A stretch of 64,000 bases of DNA from Acutalibacteraceae bacterium (GTDB lineage Bacteria; Bacillota; Clostridia; Oscillospirales; Acutalibacteraceae): the NCBI GenBank assembly GCA_045535965.1, contig JAZSMR010000089.1, positions 4,457 to 68,456 of the forward strand, given 5' to 3'. Below, in pieces: positions 18,505 to 25,441 of this stretch. Made by a program: the position numbers and the translations under genes. The notes beneath the pieces were generated by a model. The model worked only from the letters and a program-made list of their open reading frames with translations. It had not been told where the DNA came from and searched no databases. Numbering within the stretch: the first letter of the stretch is position 1; the number at the start of each line of letters is the position of its first letter.

Positions 18505-18702
18505 TTATTTCATGTTTCTTTCATAAGACTCGATCATTTTCTTAACCATCTGACCGCCGACTGAACCTGCTTCACGTGATGTGAGGTCGCCGTTGTAACC
18601 CTGTTTAAGGTTAACGCCTACTTCTGAAGCAGCTTCCATCTTGAACTTATCAAGTGCTTCTCTTGCTTCGGGTACTACACTCTTATTTGAGCTTTTAGCC
18701 AT
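18505..18702 (-). CDS. alpha/beta-type small acid-soluble spore protein
   Basis: 65 aa from ATG 18702 (GGAGTG, 9 nt, ATG). Both conserved SASP blocks are present (EALDKFKMEAASEVGV and TSREAGSVGGQMVKKMIE). Confidence 0.92.
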   Translation of the reverse strand: MAKSSNKSVVPEAREALDKFKMEAASEVGVNLKQGYNGDLTSREAGSVGGQMVKKMIESYERNMK

Positions 18703-18846
18703 TTTCAATTACACTCCTTTGTGAAATATTTTTCTTGCGTTTGCAATATTATTGTGCGTCCCGCGGTAAAATATATTTGTGTAAGTTTTTTCCTCATAAA
18801 CAGTAAATATATTTTCATAAAAAAATGGAATATTTTTCAAATATCC

Positions 18847-18875
18847 TTGCATAATATACAAAAATGCTGTATAAT
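18847..18875 (+). promoter_or_regulatory. sigma-A-type promoter of the PHP phosphatase/YfcC operon (TTGCAT-17-TATAAT)
   Basis: TTGCAT at 18847-18852, a 17-nt spacer, then TATAAT at 18870-18875, about 28 nt upstream of the ATG. A strong RBS (AAGGGAGG) follows. Confidence 0.6.
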
Positions 18876-18903
18876 TATCTGAAAAGTTAAGGGAGGTATA
18901 GAA

Positions 18904-19716
18904 ATGCACGGCAAACGTCTTATTGATATGCATACACATTCTGACAATTCGCCTGACGGTGTCCACTCCCCTATGTATATGTGCGAGCACGCTGTGGCAA
19001 ACGGTCTACGTGCTCTCGCAATAACAGATCACTGCGAAATAGATAAGTTTATTGAGCAAAAATATGCAAGCACGGTTTTTCATTCATACTTCGAATGTGC
19101 CAAGGCGCGCAATTCCTTTGAAGGACAGCTTCTCGTGCTCATTGGTATTGAAATTGGGCAACCCCTTAGCAATAAGGAGCTCTGCGAAAAACTCCTTGAA
19201 AAATATCCTTACGATTATGTGCTCGGAAGTGTGCACACACCAAAAGGCTTCACACAAGATATAAAGGAAATCGAATACGACAAGCTCGATGTTTATGAGT
19301 TTATGAATAACTACTTCGGTGAACTGACTGAAATTGCAAAATGGGATGGCTGTGATGCTTTGGCTCACATTACCTGCCCAATGCGAAGAATTCAGGGAAG
19401 ATATAACATTGACTTCGATTACGGCAGGGTACAGAAAAGCCTTGATAAATTACTTCTTACGATTATTGAAAATAACAAAGCTCTCGAAATTAATACTTCA
19501 GGTTTAAGACAGGATATAGGTCTTATGATGCCCGAAGAAAAGATTGTCAAGAGATACCGTGAGCTCGGCGGTGAATATATTACCATCGGCTCAGATTCGC
19601 ACACCGCTTACGATGTGGGCGCCGGTATAGAAGAGGCAATGGAAATGGCAAAAAGATGCGGTTTTGATAAAATTACATTCTATGTCAGCCGTCAGGCTAT
19701 GCAGATAGATATATAA
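18904..19716 (+). CDS. PHP-family phosphoesterase (histidinol-phosphatase HisJ/HisK-like)
   Basis: 270 aa. N-terminal PHP metal motif (DMHTHSDNSPDG), later His residues (ITDHCE, GSVH, GSDSH), and typical HisJ-family length. Confidence 0.8.
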   Translation: MHGKRLIDMHTHSDNSPDGVHSPMYMCEHAVANGLRALAITDHCEIDKFIEQKYASTVFHSYFECAKARNSFEGQLLVLIGIEIGQPLSNKELCEKLLEKYPYDYVLGSVHTPKGFTQDIKEIEYDKLDVYEFMNNYFGELTEIAKWDGCDALAHITCPMRRIQGRYNIDFDYGRVQKSLDKLLLTIIENNKALEINTSGLRQDIGLMMPEEKIVKRYRELGGEYITIGSDSHTAYDVGAGIEEAMEMAKRCGFDKITFYVSRQAMQIDI

Positions 19717-19731
19717 GCGAGGAAAAGCAAA

Positions 19732-21216
19732 ATGCAGAATATTGATTTAAATTTAGGAATTAAAATTGAAAAAAAGACTCTGATAAGCATTACGTCAATT
19801 ATAATTGGAATAATGATTTTTGCAGGTGTACTCACCCAAATCGTACCTACGGGTCTTTATGATGTTGATGCAAACGGCGCAATTATCAACGGTACCTATC
19901 ACGAAATCCCCCGTGAAGAGGTTGGATATAGCTTCTGGCGAGTATTTGTCGCGCCTGTTGAATCTTTTATTTATGCAACCTCTGACGCTATGACAGGCGT
20001 ACTCATTATATTTGTTATTGTCCTCATCGGCGGCACCTTCCTTATTCTCGATAAAAGCGGTGTGCTCAAATATCTTATGACTGTCATTACAAACAAGTTT
20101 TCAAATAAAAAATATGCGCTTCTTGCCGTTATGATACTCGCTTGTATGGCGCTGAGCTCCTTTGCAGGTATCCTTGAAGAATCCGTTACACTTGTTCCCC
20201 TCGCAGTCGCAATTTCTCTTTCGCTCGGTTGGGACTCACTTGTAGGTCTCGGTATCAGCCTTTTATCAATAGCCTTCGGTTATTCTGCAGCTACTTTTAA
20301 CCCATTCAACGTCGGTATTGTTCAATCAATGGCTGATATTCCAATGTTTTCCGGTGTTCTTTTCAGATTACTGGTCTTCGCAATTGTTTATGCTGTTCTT
20401 GCGGGATTCTTTATTTCATACGCAAAAAAAGTCGAGAAAGACCCTAAGAAATCAATTTTTTATGAAAGTGATCTCAAGCTCAAAGAAAGACTTCTCAATG
20501 AAACTGAAACAAAAAAAGCTCTTGCAAATCCGGATTTGCCTAAAGCTTCTCGCGCTTTCGGATATGCAATGCTGTCGGTACTGATAATAACAGTATGCTG
20601 TCTCGTTGCAAATATTTTCATTGATAACTCCACAATATCCGATATTATCGGATATATGCCTCTTGCTTCAATGGCCATTCTTTTCACAGTCGGCGGACTC
20701 AGAGCCGGCTACATTTCCGGCATCAGGGGCAAAGACCTTCTCAGCGGTTTTGCAACCGGTGCAAAGACAATCCTTCCCGTGGCACCCGTAATTATTTTCA
20801 TCATAAGTGTTACATATATTCTAAAGTCCGGTATGATTATCGATACGCTTTTATACTGGGTTTATAATGCCATTCAGAATGTAAATCCCTATGCATCAAT
20901 TATTATTATATTCCTTGTAATATGTGTATTTGAGTTTTTCATCGGCAGTGGCTCTGCTAAAGCATTTCTCCTTATGCCGATTCTCTTACCTCTTGTTGAT
21001 ATGATCGGCATCGGAAGACAGAATCTCATAGTTGCTTTCTGCATAAGTGACGGCTTCTGTAATGTGCTTTTCCCGACAAACGGTATTCTTATGATTGCTC
21101 TCGGTATGATTAACATATCATACTTCAAGTATATAAAAGCAACTTGGAAGCTCTTCGCTTTAGAATTTTTAGCAGCTGTGGGGATTATGCTTTTAGGCAC
21201 AGCGATCGGATATTAA
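19732..21216 (+). CDS. YfcC/DcuC-type (C4-dicarboxylate anaerobic carrier family) membrane transporter
   Basis: 494-aa polytopic protein. The N-terminal pattern (ISITSIIIGIMIFAGVLTQIVPTG...) and overall architecture resemble YfcC-family transporters. Probably co-transcribed with the PHP gene (15-nt gap). Confidence 0.75.
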   Translation: MQNIDLNLGIKIEKKTLISITSIIIGIMIFAGVLTQIVPTGLYDVDANGAIINGTYHEIPREEVGYSFWRVFVAPVESFIYATSDAMTGVLIIFVIVLIGGTFLILDKSGVLKYLMTVITNKFSNKKYALLAVMILACMALSSFAGILEESVTLVPLAVAISLSLGWDSLVGLGISLLSIAFGYSAATFNPFNVGIVQSMADIPMFSGVLFRLLVFAIVYAVLAGFFISYAKKVEKDPKKSIFYESDLKLKERLLNETETKKALANPDLPKASRAFGYAMLSVLIITVCCLVANIFIDNSTISDIIGYMPLASMAILFTVGGLRAGYISGIRGKDLLSGFATGAKTILPVAPVIIFIISVTYILKSGMIIDTLLYWVYNAIQNVNPYASIIIIFLVICVFEFFIGSGSAKAFLLMPILLPLVDMIGIGRQNLIVAFCISDGFCNVLFPTNGILMIALGMINISYFKYIKATWKLFALEFLAAVGIMLLGTAIGY

Positions 21217-21237
21217 AAAAGCAGTACTGAACAATAT

Positions 21238-21273
21238 AAGAGATATCTCACTTTTACATGTAAGATATCTCTT
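21238..21273. terminator. bidirectional terminator between yfcC (+) and the GH13 gene (-)
   Basis: AAGAGATATCT / AGATATCTCTT is an 11-bp perfect stem with a 14-nt loop. It is followed by GTTTTTT on the plus strand. Confidence 0.75.
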
Positions 21274-21292
21274 GTTTTTTACTATTCCATTT

Positions 21293-22957
21293 TTATTTGA
21301 TGATGTATACTCTTGTTTCGTAAGGTCTCGTCATAAAGCCGTTTCTGATTACTTTGTTGTCTTCGTAGTTATTCAGTACAAGCTTGGCATCAACTATCGG
21401 AAAGCTATCAGGCGCTCTGAACGCCATTTCTTTTTCAGAGAACGAGCAGACAACCAGCATCTTCCGACCTTCTAACTTTCTTATATAGGCGAAAAGCTTA
21501 CTGTTAGTGTTGAGCATTTCAAAATCACCGTATTTTACTATATCGTTTTCTTTACGGAATCTTAAGAGCTTTTTATAATAATTAAGAATTGAATCGGGAT
21601 TGTTCTCTTCTGCTTCGACGTTGATTTCGGTATAATTAGGATTAATTTCAAACCATGGAGTATCAGCATCGGTAAAGCCGGCGTTTTTACCGTTAGTCCA
21701 CTGCATAGGTGTTCTTGCATTATCTCTTGAAGCATACATACAGAACTTCATTGTAATGCTTTCAGGTATATGCAGCTTTTTAAACATCGCATAGTTATTG
21801 AATGACGAAACGTCCTTATATCTGTCAATAGTCGGTATTCTCGGGTTTGTCATGCCTATTTCCTGTCCCTGATATATGAAGGGCGTACCGCTTTGGCAAA
21901 TATACATTGTTGCGAGCATTTTGCCGCTTTCTGTGCGATATTTTTCACTTCCGTAGCGCGAGATGATTCTCGGCTGATCGTGATTTTCAATGTAGTTTGC
22001 ATTCCACGCAATACCGTGAAGTGATTTCTGCCAGTTGTTATATACTTTCTTGAGCTTGCCTGACCTGAAGGGTGTTACTATCCAGTTAGTGATAACATTA
22101 TCACAGCCCATGTGCTCAAAATGGAACATCATATTGAGAAGCTGATCTTCACCCTCTTTAATAAATTCAAGAGCCTTTTTAGGTGTCATCATAGGTGCTT
22201 CTCCTACAGTAAAGCAATCATATTCATCGTAAACATCCTTAAACTCTCTGAGATAAGTTTTAAGATTCGGACCGTTCATATAGTGCTCAATACCTGTTGC
22301 TGTCGGCATAGGAAAACCGTTGGGCAAACCGGGCTTCTTCGAGATAAAAGTAATAACATCCTCTCTGAAGCCGTCAACTCCCATATCAAGCCAGAAACGG
22401 ATAATATCCTTGACCTCTTGTCTTACTTTAGGATTATCCATATTGAGATCAGGTTGTCCTTTAGCAAAAACGTGAAGATAATACTTATCAATTTCTTTGC
22501 AGTACTCCCAGGCTTTGCCCTGAAAAGTGGACAGCCAGTTGTTTGGCTCTTTGCCGGGCTTCCTGCCTTTTCTCCAGATGTAGTAATCGTGATAAGGGTT
22601 ATCCTCCCCCTTTTTACTCTCCTTGAACCACTCATGCTCATCCGAGGTGTGATTGACTACAAGGTCCATAATGACCTTCAAGCCTCTTTTATGAGCTTCA
22701 TCAAGTAAAGTCCTGAATTCTTCGAGAGTGCCGTAATCTGAGGCGATATCGCGGTAATTTGCGATGTCGTAGCCGTAGTCTGCATTAGGCGACGGATACA
22801 AGGGTGAAAACCATATCGCATCGACACCGAGATCCTTGATATAATCGAGCTTTGATAAGATACCTTTAAGGTCACCTATGCCGTCACCGTTGCCGTCGCA
22901 GAAGCTTCTGGGCCATATCTGATAGACTGACATTTCTTTATACCATTTTCTTTCCAT
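21293..22957 (-). CDS. GH13 alpha-glucosidase / oligo-1,6-glucosidase
   Basis: 554 aa with the four GH13 conserved regions: DLVVNHTSDEH, GVDGFREDV (nucleophile Asp), VGEA (acid/base Glu) and YIENHDQPR. The N-terminus (YQIWPRSFCDGNGDGIGDL) is typical of the oligo-1,6-glucosidase subfamily. Confidence 0.93.
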   Translation of the reverse strand: MERKWYKEMSVYQIWPRSFCDGNGDGIGDLKGILSKLDYIKDLGVDAIWFSPLYPSPNADYGYDIANYRDIASDYGTLEEFRTLLDEAHKRGLKVIMDLVVNHTSDEHEWFKESKKGEDNPYHDYYIWRKGRKPGKEPNNWLSTFQGKAWEYCKEIDKYYLHVFAKGQPDLNMDNPKVRQEVKDIIRFWLDMGVDGFREDVITFISKKPGLPNGFPMPTATGIEHYMNGPNLKTYLREFKDVYDEYDCFTVGEAPMMTPKKALEFIKEGEDQLLNMMFHFEHMGCDNVITNWIVTPFRSGKLKKVYNNWQKSLHGIAWNANYIENHDQPRIISRYGSEKYRTESGKMLATMYICQSGTPFIYQGQEIGMTNPRIPTIDRYKDVSSFNNYAMFKKLHIPESITMKFCMYASRDNARTPMQWTNGKNAGFTDADTPWFEINPNYTEINVEAEENNPDSILNYYKKLLRFRKENDIVKYGDFEMLNTNSKLFAYIRKLEGRKMLVVCSFSEKEMAFRAPDSFPIVDAKLVLNNYEDNKVIRNGFMTRPYETRVYIIK

Positions 22958-22973
22958 ACTTTCCTCCTAAAAA

Positions 22974-23003
22974 ATAAGGCTGTTCACAGTGAAACAGCCT
23001 TAT
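22974..23003 (-). terminator. terminator-like hairpin between the GPH symporter and the GH13 gene
   Basis: The minus strand reads ATAAGGCTGTTtcactgtgAACAGCCTTAT followed by TTTTTAGGAGGAAAGTATG. The U-tract therefore runs straight into the RBS of the glucosidase gene. Confidence 0.6.
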
Positions 23004-23017
23004 TATAATTTAACTGA

Positions 23018-24604
23018 TTATTTTGCCTTAGCAGCTCTTCTTGCTTCAATTTCAGCAACAAGTTCTCTCTGACGCTTTTCTGTAAGAGTGTAGAAGAACA
23101 TAGGTACTGCACAAGCGAACATACTGATAACACCTGAAAGGATAAGTACATTCCAGAGAGCGTCGGGTGACTTAACGAAGCCTGTTTCTGCGTCGATACC
23201 TGCAATGCTCATTGACATAACGCCGATGAATGCGCCTACAGCCATACCGATTTTGTTGATGAGAGTCTGCATTGCGAAGCAGATACCCTCACCGCGTTCA
23301 CCGGTTTTCCACTCGAGGTAGTCAACTGTGTCACCAATCATAGCGTAGCTCATAATGTTGTTAACACCCTGAGGAATACCAAGGAGAACAAGACCGATAG
23401 CGCTCACGATAAGCTTCCAGGGAGCATCGTAACCAACGAAATACATAACAGCCATTACAACGCCGCCGAAGAGGTGAACGAGAATGTATGTATATTTCTT
23501 TGTAAATCTCTTTGTGAGCCAGGGTACAAGCACTGATGCAACAAGACCGCCGGGGATTACGAGCATTGTGATAATGCCGTAGAAGCCTTCATTTTTAAGA
23601 ATGTACTTAGCAAAGTAGAGACCGCCGGTGTATGAATAAACCATTCTTGCGCCGCCGAGTACGCCTGAAAGAACGATGAGAAGGAGCTCTTTATTCTTGA
23701 AGAGGAGTTTGAGGTTATGACCAAATGAAGGAACATTGTCATAATCAGCTGTGATATATTCTTTTGTGTTCTTGAAGCCGTAGAAGAACATGGGAACAGC
23801 AGCAACAACAAATACTACAGCACAAACGAAATATGTCCACTTAAGTGTGTCAGCGTTCTGCTGAACAGCTGAATTCATAACTGTGCCGATAAATGAGCTG
23901 GCAGCTTCTTCTACAGTCTTACCCTGATTTGCTACGATAGATGCGATTTGTTCAGCCTTATCTGTAAGAATAAGGCTCATATCGTCGGCAGTGTACTTGA
24001 ACTTTGCTGTAAGAGCGTTAGTAATAATGGGTACACCAACTGTAACGATACCGGCGCCAACTGTACAAACAAGACGAACAACTGTGAGGATGTTACCTCT
24101 TACTGTGGTGTCATTTGTAAGACAAGTAGCCATACCCCAATAGGGAACGTCGGCAACTGTATAAACAACTGACCAGATAACATAGAGAATTGAAATAGTG
24201 ATGAAAGTCCACATTGCCTTAGCCTGATAAACAGGAAGGAAGCAAAGGATTGTTCCGATTGCTATAGGAATAGCCATCCACTTGAGGTAAGGACGGCATT
24301 TACCCCATTTAGTTCTTGTCTTGTCAACGATTGAACCCATAATTGGGTCGTTGAAAGCGTCGAAAACTCTGGTAGCAAGCATAAGGAAAGCAACTGCGAT
24401 GGCACCCTCCATCGCGCCGACTTTAACACCTTCCGCACCGAAAAGAAGAGCGTCTGTCATGAATACTGTGAGGTATGAACCGATAATGGTACAGATAAAG
24501 TTCTGTCCGAAACCGGCAACACCGTAGGCAATAGCCTCTTTCGGCTGTACGCCCTTGCCGGGTGTAGTACCGAAAAGTTTGTGAAGTAAAGCTGAAATCT
24601 GCAT
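23018..24604 (-). CDS. glycoside-pentoside-hexuronide (GPH) family sugar:cation symporter
   Basis: 528-aa, roughly 12-TM protein with the GPH signature region RVFDAFNDPIMGSIVDKT. Sits upstream of the alpha-glucosidase gene. Confidence 0.88.
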   Translation of the reverse strand: MQISALLHKLFGTTPGKGVQPKEAIAYGVAGFGQNFICTIIGSYLTVFMTDALLFGAEGVKVGAMEGAIAVAFLMLATRVFDAFNDPIMGSIVDKTRTKWGKCRPYLKWMAIPIAIGTILCFLPVYQAKAMWTFITISILYVIWSVVYTVADVPYWGMATCLTNDTTVRGNILTVVRLVCTVGAGIVTVGVPIITNALTAKFKYTADDMSLILTDKAEQIASIVANQGKTVEEAASSFIGTVMNSAVQQNADTLKWTYFVCAVVFVVAAVPMFFYGFKNTKEYITADYDNVPSFGHNLKLLFKNKELLLIVLSGVLGGARMVYSYTGGLYFAKYILKNEGFYGIITMLVIPGGLVASVLVPWLTKRFTKKYTYILVHLFGGVVMAVMYFVGYDAPWKLIVSAIGLVLLGIPQGVNNIMSYAMIGDTVDYLEWKTGERGEGICFAMQTLINKIGMAVGAFIGVMSMSIAGIDAETGFVKSPDALWNVLILSGVISMFACAVPMFFYTLTEKRQRELVAEIEARRAAKAK

Positions 24605-24637
24605 TTTACCTTCTCCTTTATTTTAATTATAATAAAC

Positions 24638-24666
24638 ATTCTAACACAACAGCTATAAAAAGGCAA
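24638..24666 (-). promoter_or_regulatory. sigma-A-type promoter of the symporter/glucosidase unit (TTGCCT-17-TAGAAT)
   Basis: The minus strand reads TTGCCT (24661-24666), a 17-nt spacer, then TAGAAT (24638-24643), about 30 nt upstream of the ATG at 24604. Confidence 0.45.
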
Positions 24667-24710
24667 GGTTTTTAACATTTTTTTATAAAAATAATATACT
24701 GTAAAATAGT

Positions 24711-24734
24711 AACCCCCCGGCTTAGCCGGGGGTT
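24711..24734. repeat. IS200 right-end subterminal hairpin
   Basis: aaCCCCCCGGCttaGCCGGGGGtt. GC-rich stem of about 8 bp with a 3-nt loop. Near-identical to the hairpin at 25373-25397. Confidence 0.8.
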
Positions 24735-24811
24735 CTTCATATGCGGGCAAAGCCCTATGTTGCTGGCATCGCCTCAAGGCGTACCCTACGACTACCAAAT
24801 GCAAAAGATTG

Positions 24812-25270
24812 TTACTTGTTACCCGTAAACGGGTCTACATATTCTTTGAGCGTCATTTGGTCGTGTATCATATCTTCCTTGAGCTGATTCTGTATGTATT
24901 CTGCTATCTTTTTTGTATTCTTTCCTGCTGTATCGACATAGTACCCTCTACACCAGAAACTTCTGTTCCCGTACTTATACTTTAGATTTGCATGACGCTC
25001 AAAGATGATAAGTGTGCTCTTCCCTTTAAGAAACCCTACAAATCCTGATACACTTATTTTGGGAGGTATTTCCACTAACATATGTATATGGTCAGGACAC
25101 ACTTCTGCTTCAATTATATTTACTTGTTTCCAATTACATAATTCTCGAAGTATCTTTCCTATTTCTTCTTTATGTTCACCATAAAAAACTTTTCTTCGAT
25201 ATTTGGGTGCAAATACGATATGATATTTGCAATTCCATGTTGTATGTGCTAAACTTTTATTGTCATTCAT
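24812..25270 (-). CDS. tnpA: IS200/IS605-family Y1 (HUH) transposase TnpA
   Basis: 152 aa. HUH motif (PDHIHMLVEIPP), the catalytic Tyr region (WCRGYYVDTAGKN), and a typical N-terminus (HTTWNCKYHIVFAPKYRRK). Confidence 0.96.
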   Translation of the reverse strand: MNDNKSLAHTTWNCKYHIVFAPKYRRKVFYGEHKEEIGKILRELCNWKQVNIIEAEVCPDHIHMLVEIPPKISVSGFVGFLKGKSTLIIFERHANLKYKYGNRSFWCRGYYVDTAGKNTKKIAEYIQNQLKEDMIHDQMTLKEYVDPFTGNK

Positions 25271-25280
25271 TTTGAATGTC

Positions 25281-25337
25281 CTCCTTTTGATTTGTTTGAT
25301 GCAGTTGGTAGCCGCATCTTTATTTTATCAAAAGGAG
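25281..25337 (-). promoter_or_regulatory. tnpA leader stem-loop that sequesters the ribosome-binding site
   Basis: In the minus-strand leader, CTCCTTTTGAT (plus 25327-25337) is perfectly complementary over 11 nt to ATCAAAAGGAG (plus 25281-25291), which contains the tnpA Shine-Dalgarno 10 nt upstream of the ATG. A small inner hairpin GATGC/GCATC lies at 25298-25318. Confidence 0.55.
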
Positions 25338-25372
25338 CTTTATTTTCATCCGCAACGCTAAAGCTTTTTTTG

Positions 25373-25397
25373 AACTCCCCGGCACAGCCGGGGGTTT
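25373..25397. repeat. IS200 left-end subterminal hairpin
   Basis: aaCTCCCCGGCacaGCCGGGGGtttt. Same sequence class and orientation as the hairpin at 24711-24734. Confidence 0.8.
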
Positions 25398-25412
25398 TCG
25401 TTAACAATAACA

Positions 25413-25438
25413 AAAAGACGGTGCAATGACCGTCTTTT
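25413..25438 (-). terminator. rho-independent terminator of uvrA
   Basis: The minus strand reads AAAGACGGTcattgcACCGTCTTT followed by TTGTTATTG. It begins 4 nt after the uvrA stop. Confidence 0.75.
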
Positions 25439-25441
25439 CGA

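Larger units (their letters stand above)
24705..25400 (-). mobile_element. IS200/IS605-family insertion sequence with tnpA only (IS200 type); ends approximate
   Basis: A 152-aa Y1/HUH transposase gene is flanked by two nearly identical subterminal hairpins in the same orientation (24711-24734 and 25373-25397). Element size of about 0.7 kb is typical of IS200. No tnpB is present. Exact cleavage sites cannot be set from a single copy. Confidence 0.85.

Noticed and set aside
18709-18800. Attempt to place a sigma-G (forespore) promoter upstream of the SASP gene
   Set aside because: Candidate elements (GCACA ... AAAAATA, or CACAATA) do not fit the sigma-G -35/-10 consensus and spacing well enough by eye. 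Forespore expression is expected biologically, but I cannot support a specific site.
18709-18990. 93-aa minus-strand ORF spanning the SASP / PHP-phosphatase intergenic region
   Set aside because: It covers the AT-rich divergent promoter region and overlaps the well-supported start of the PHP gene. It has no RBS and an odd composition (rich in Y, F, N, I from AT-rich DNA). It is most likely a chance ORF.
22112-22708. 198-aa plus-strand ORF antisense to the GH13 glucosidase. Similar long antisense or alternative-frame ORFs occur at 712-1077, 3329-3778, 12465-12869, 26558-26968, 29421-29861, 45635-46132, 49720-50133, 51945-52343, 57601-58309 and 62990-63409.
   Set aside because: All of them lie entirely inside strongly conserved genes on the opposite strand. 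They lack Shine-Dalgarno sequences and have low-complexity or unusual composition. Such shadow ORFs are expected by chance.
24457-24804. 115-aa minus-strand ORF running from the IS200 right end into the symporter gene
   Set aside because: It crosses the IS hairpin, the symporter promoter and the symporter's own start in another frame. It has no RBS and no recognisable domain, so I treat it as spurious.
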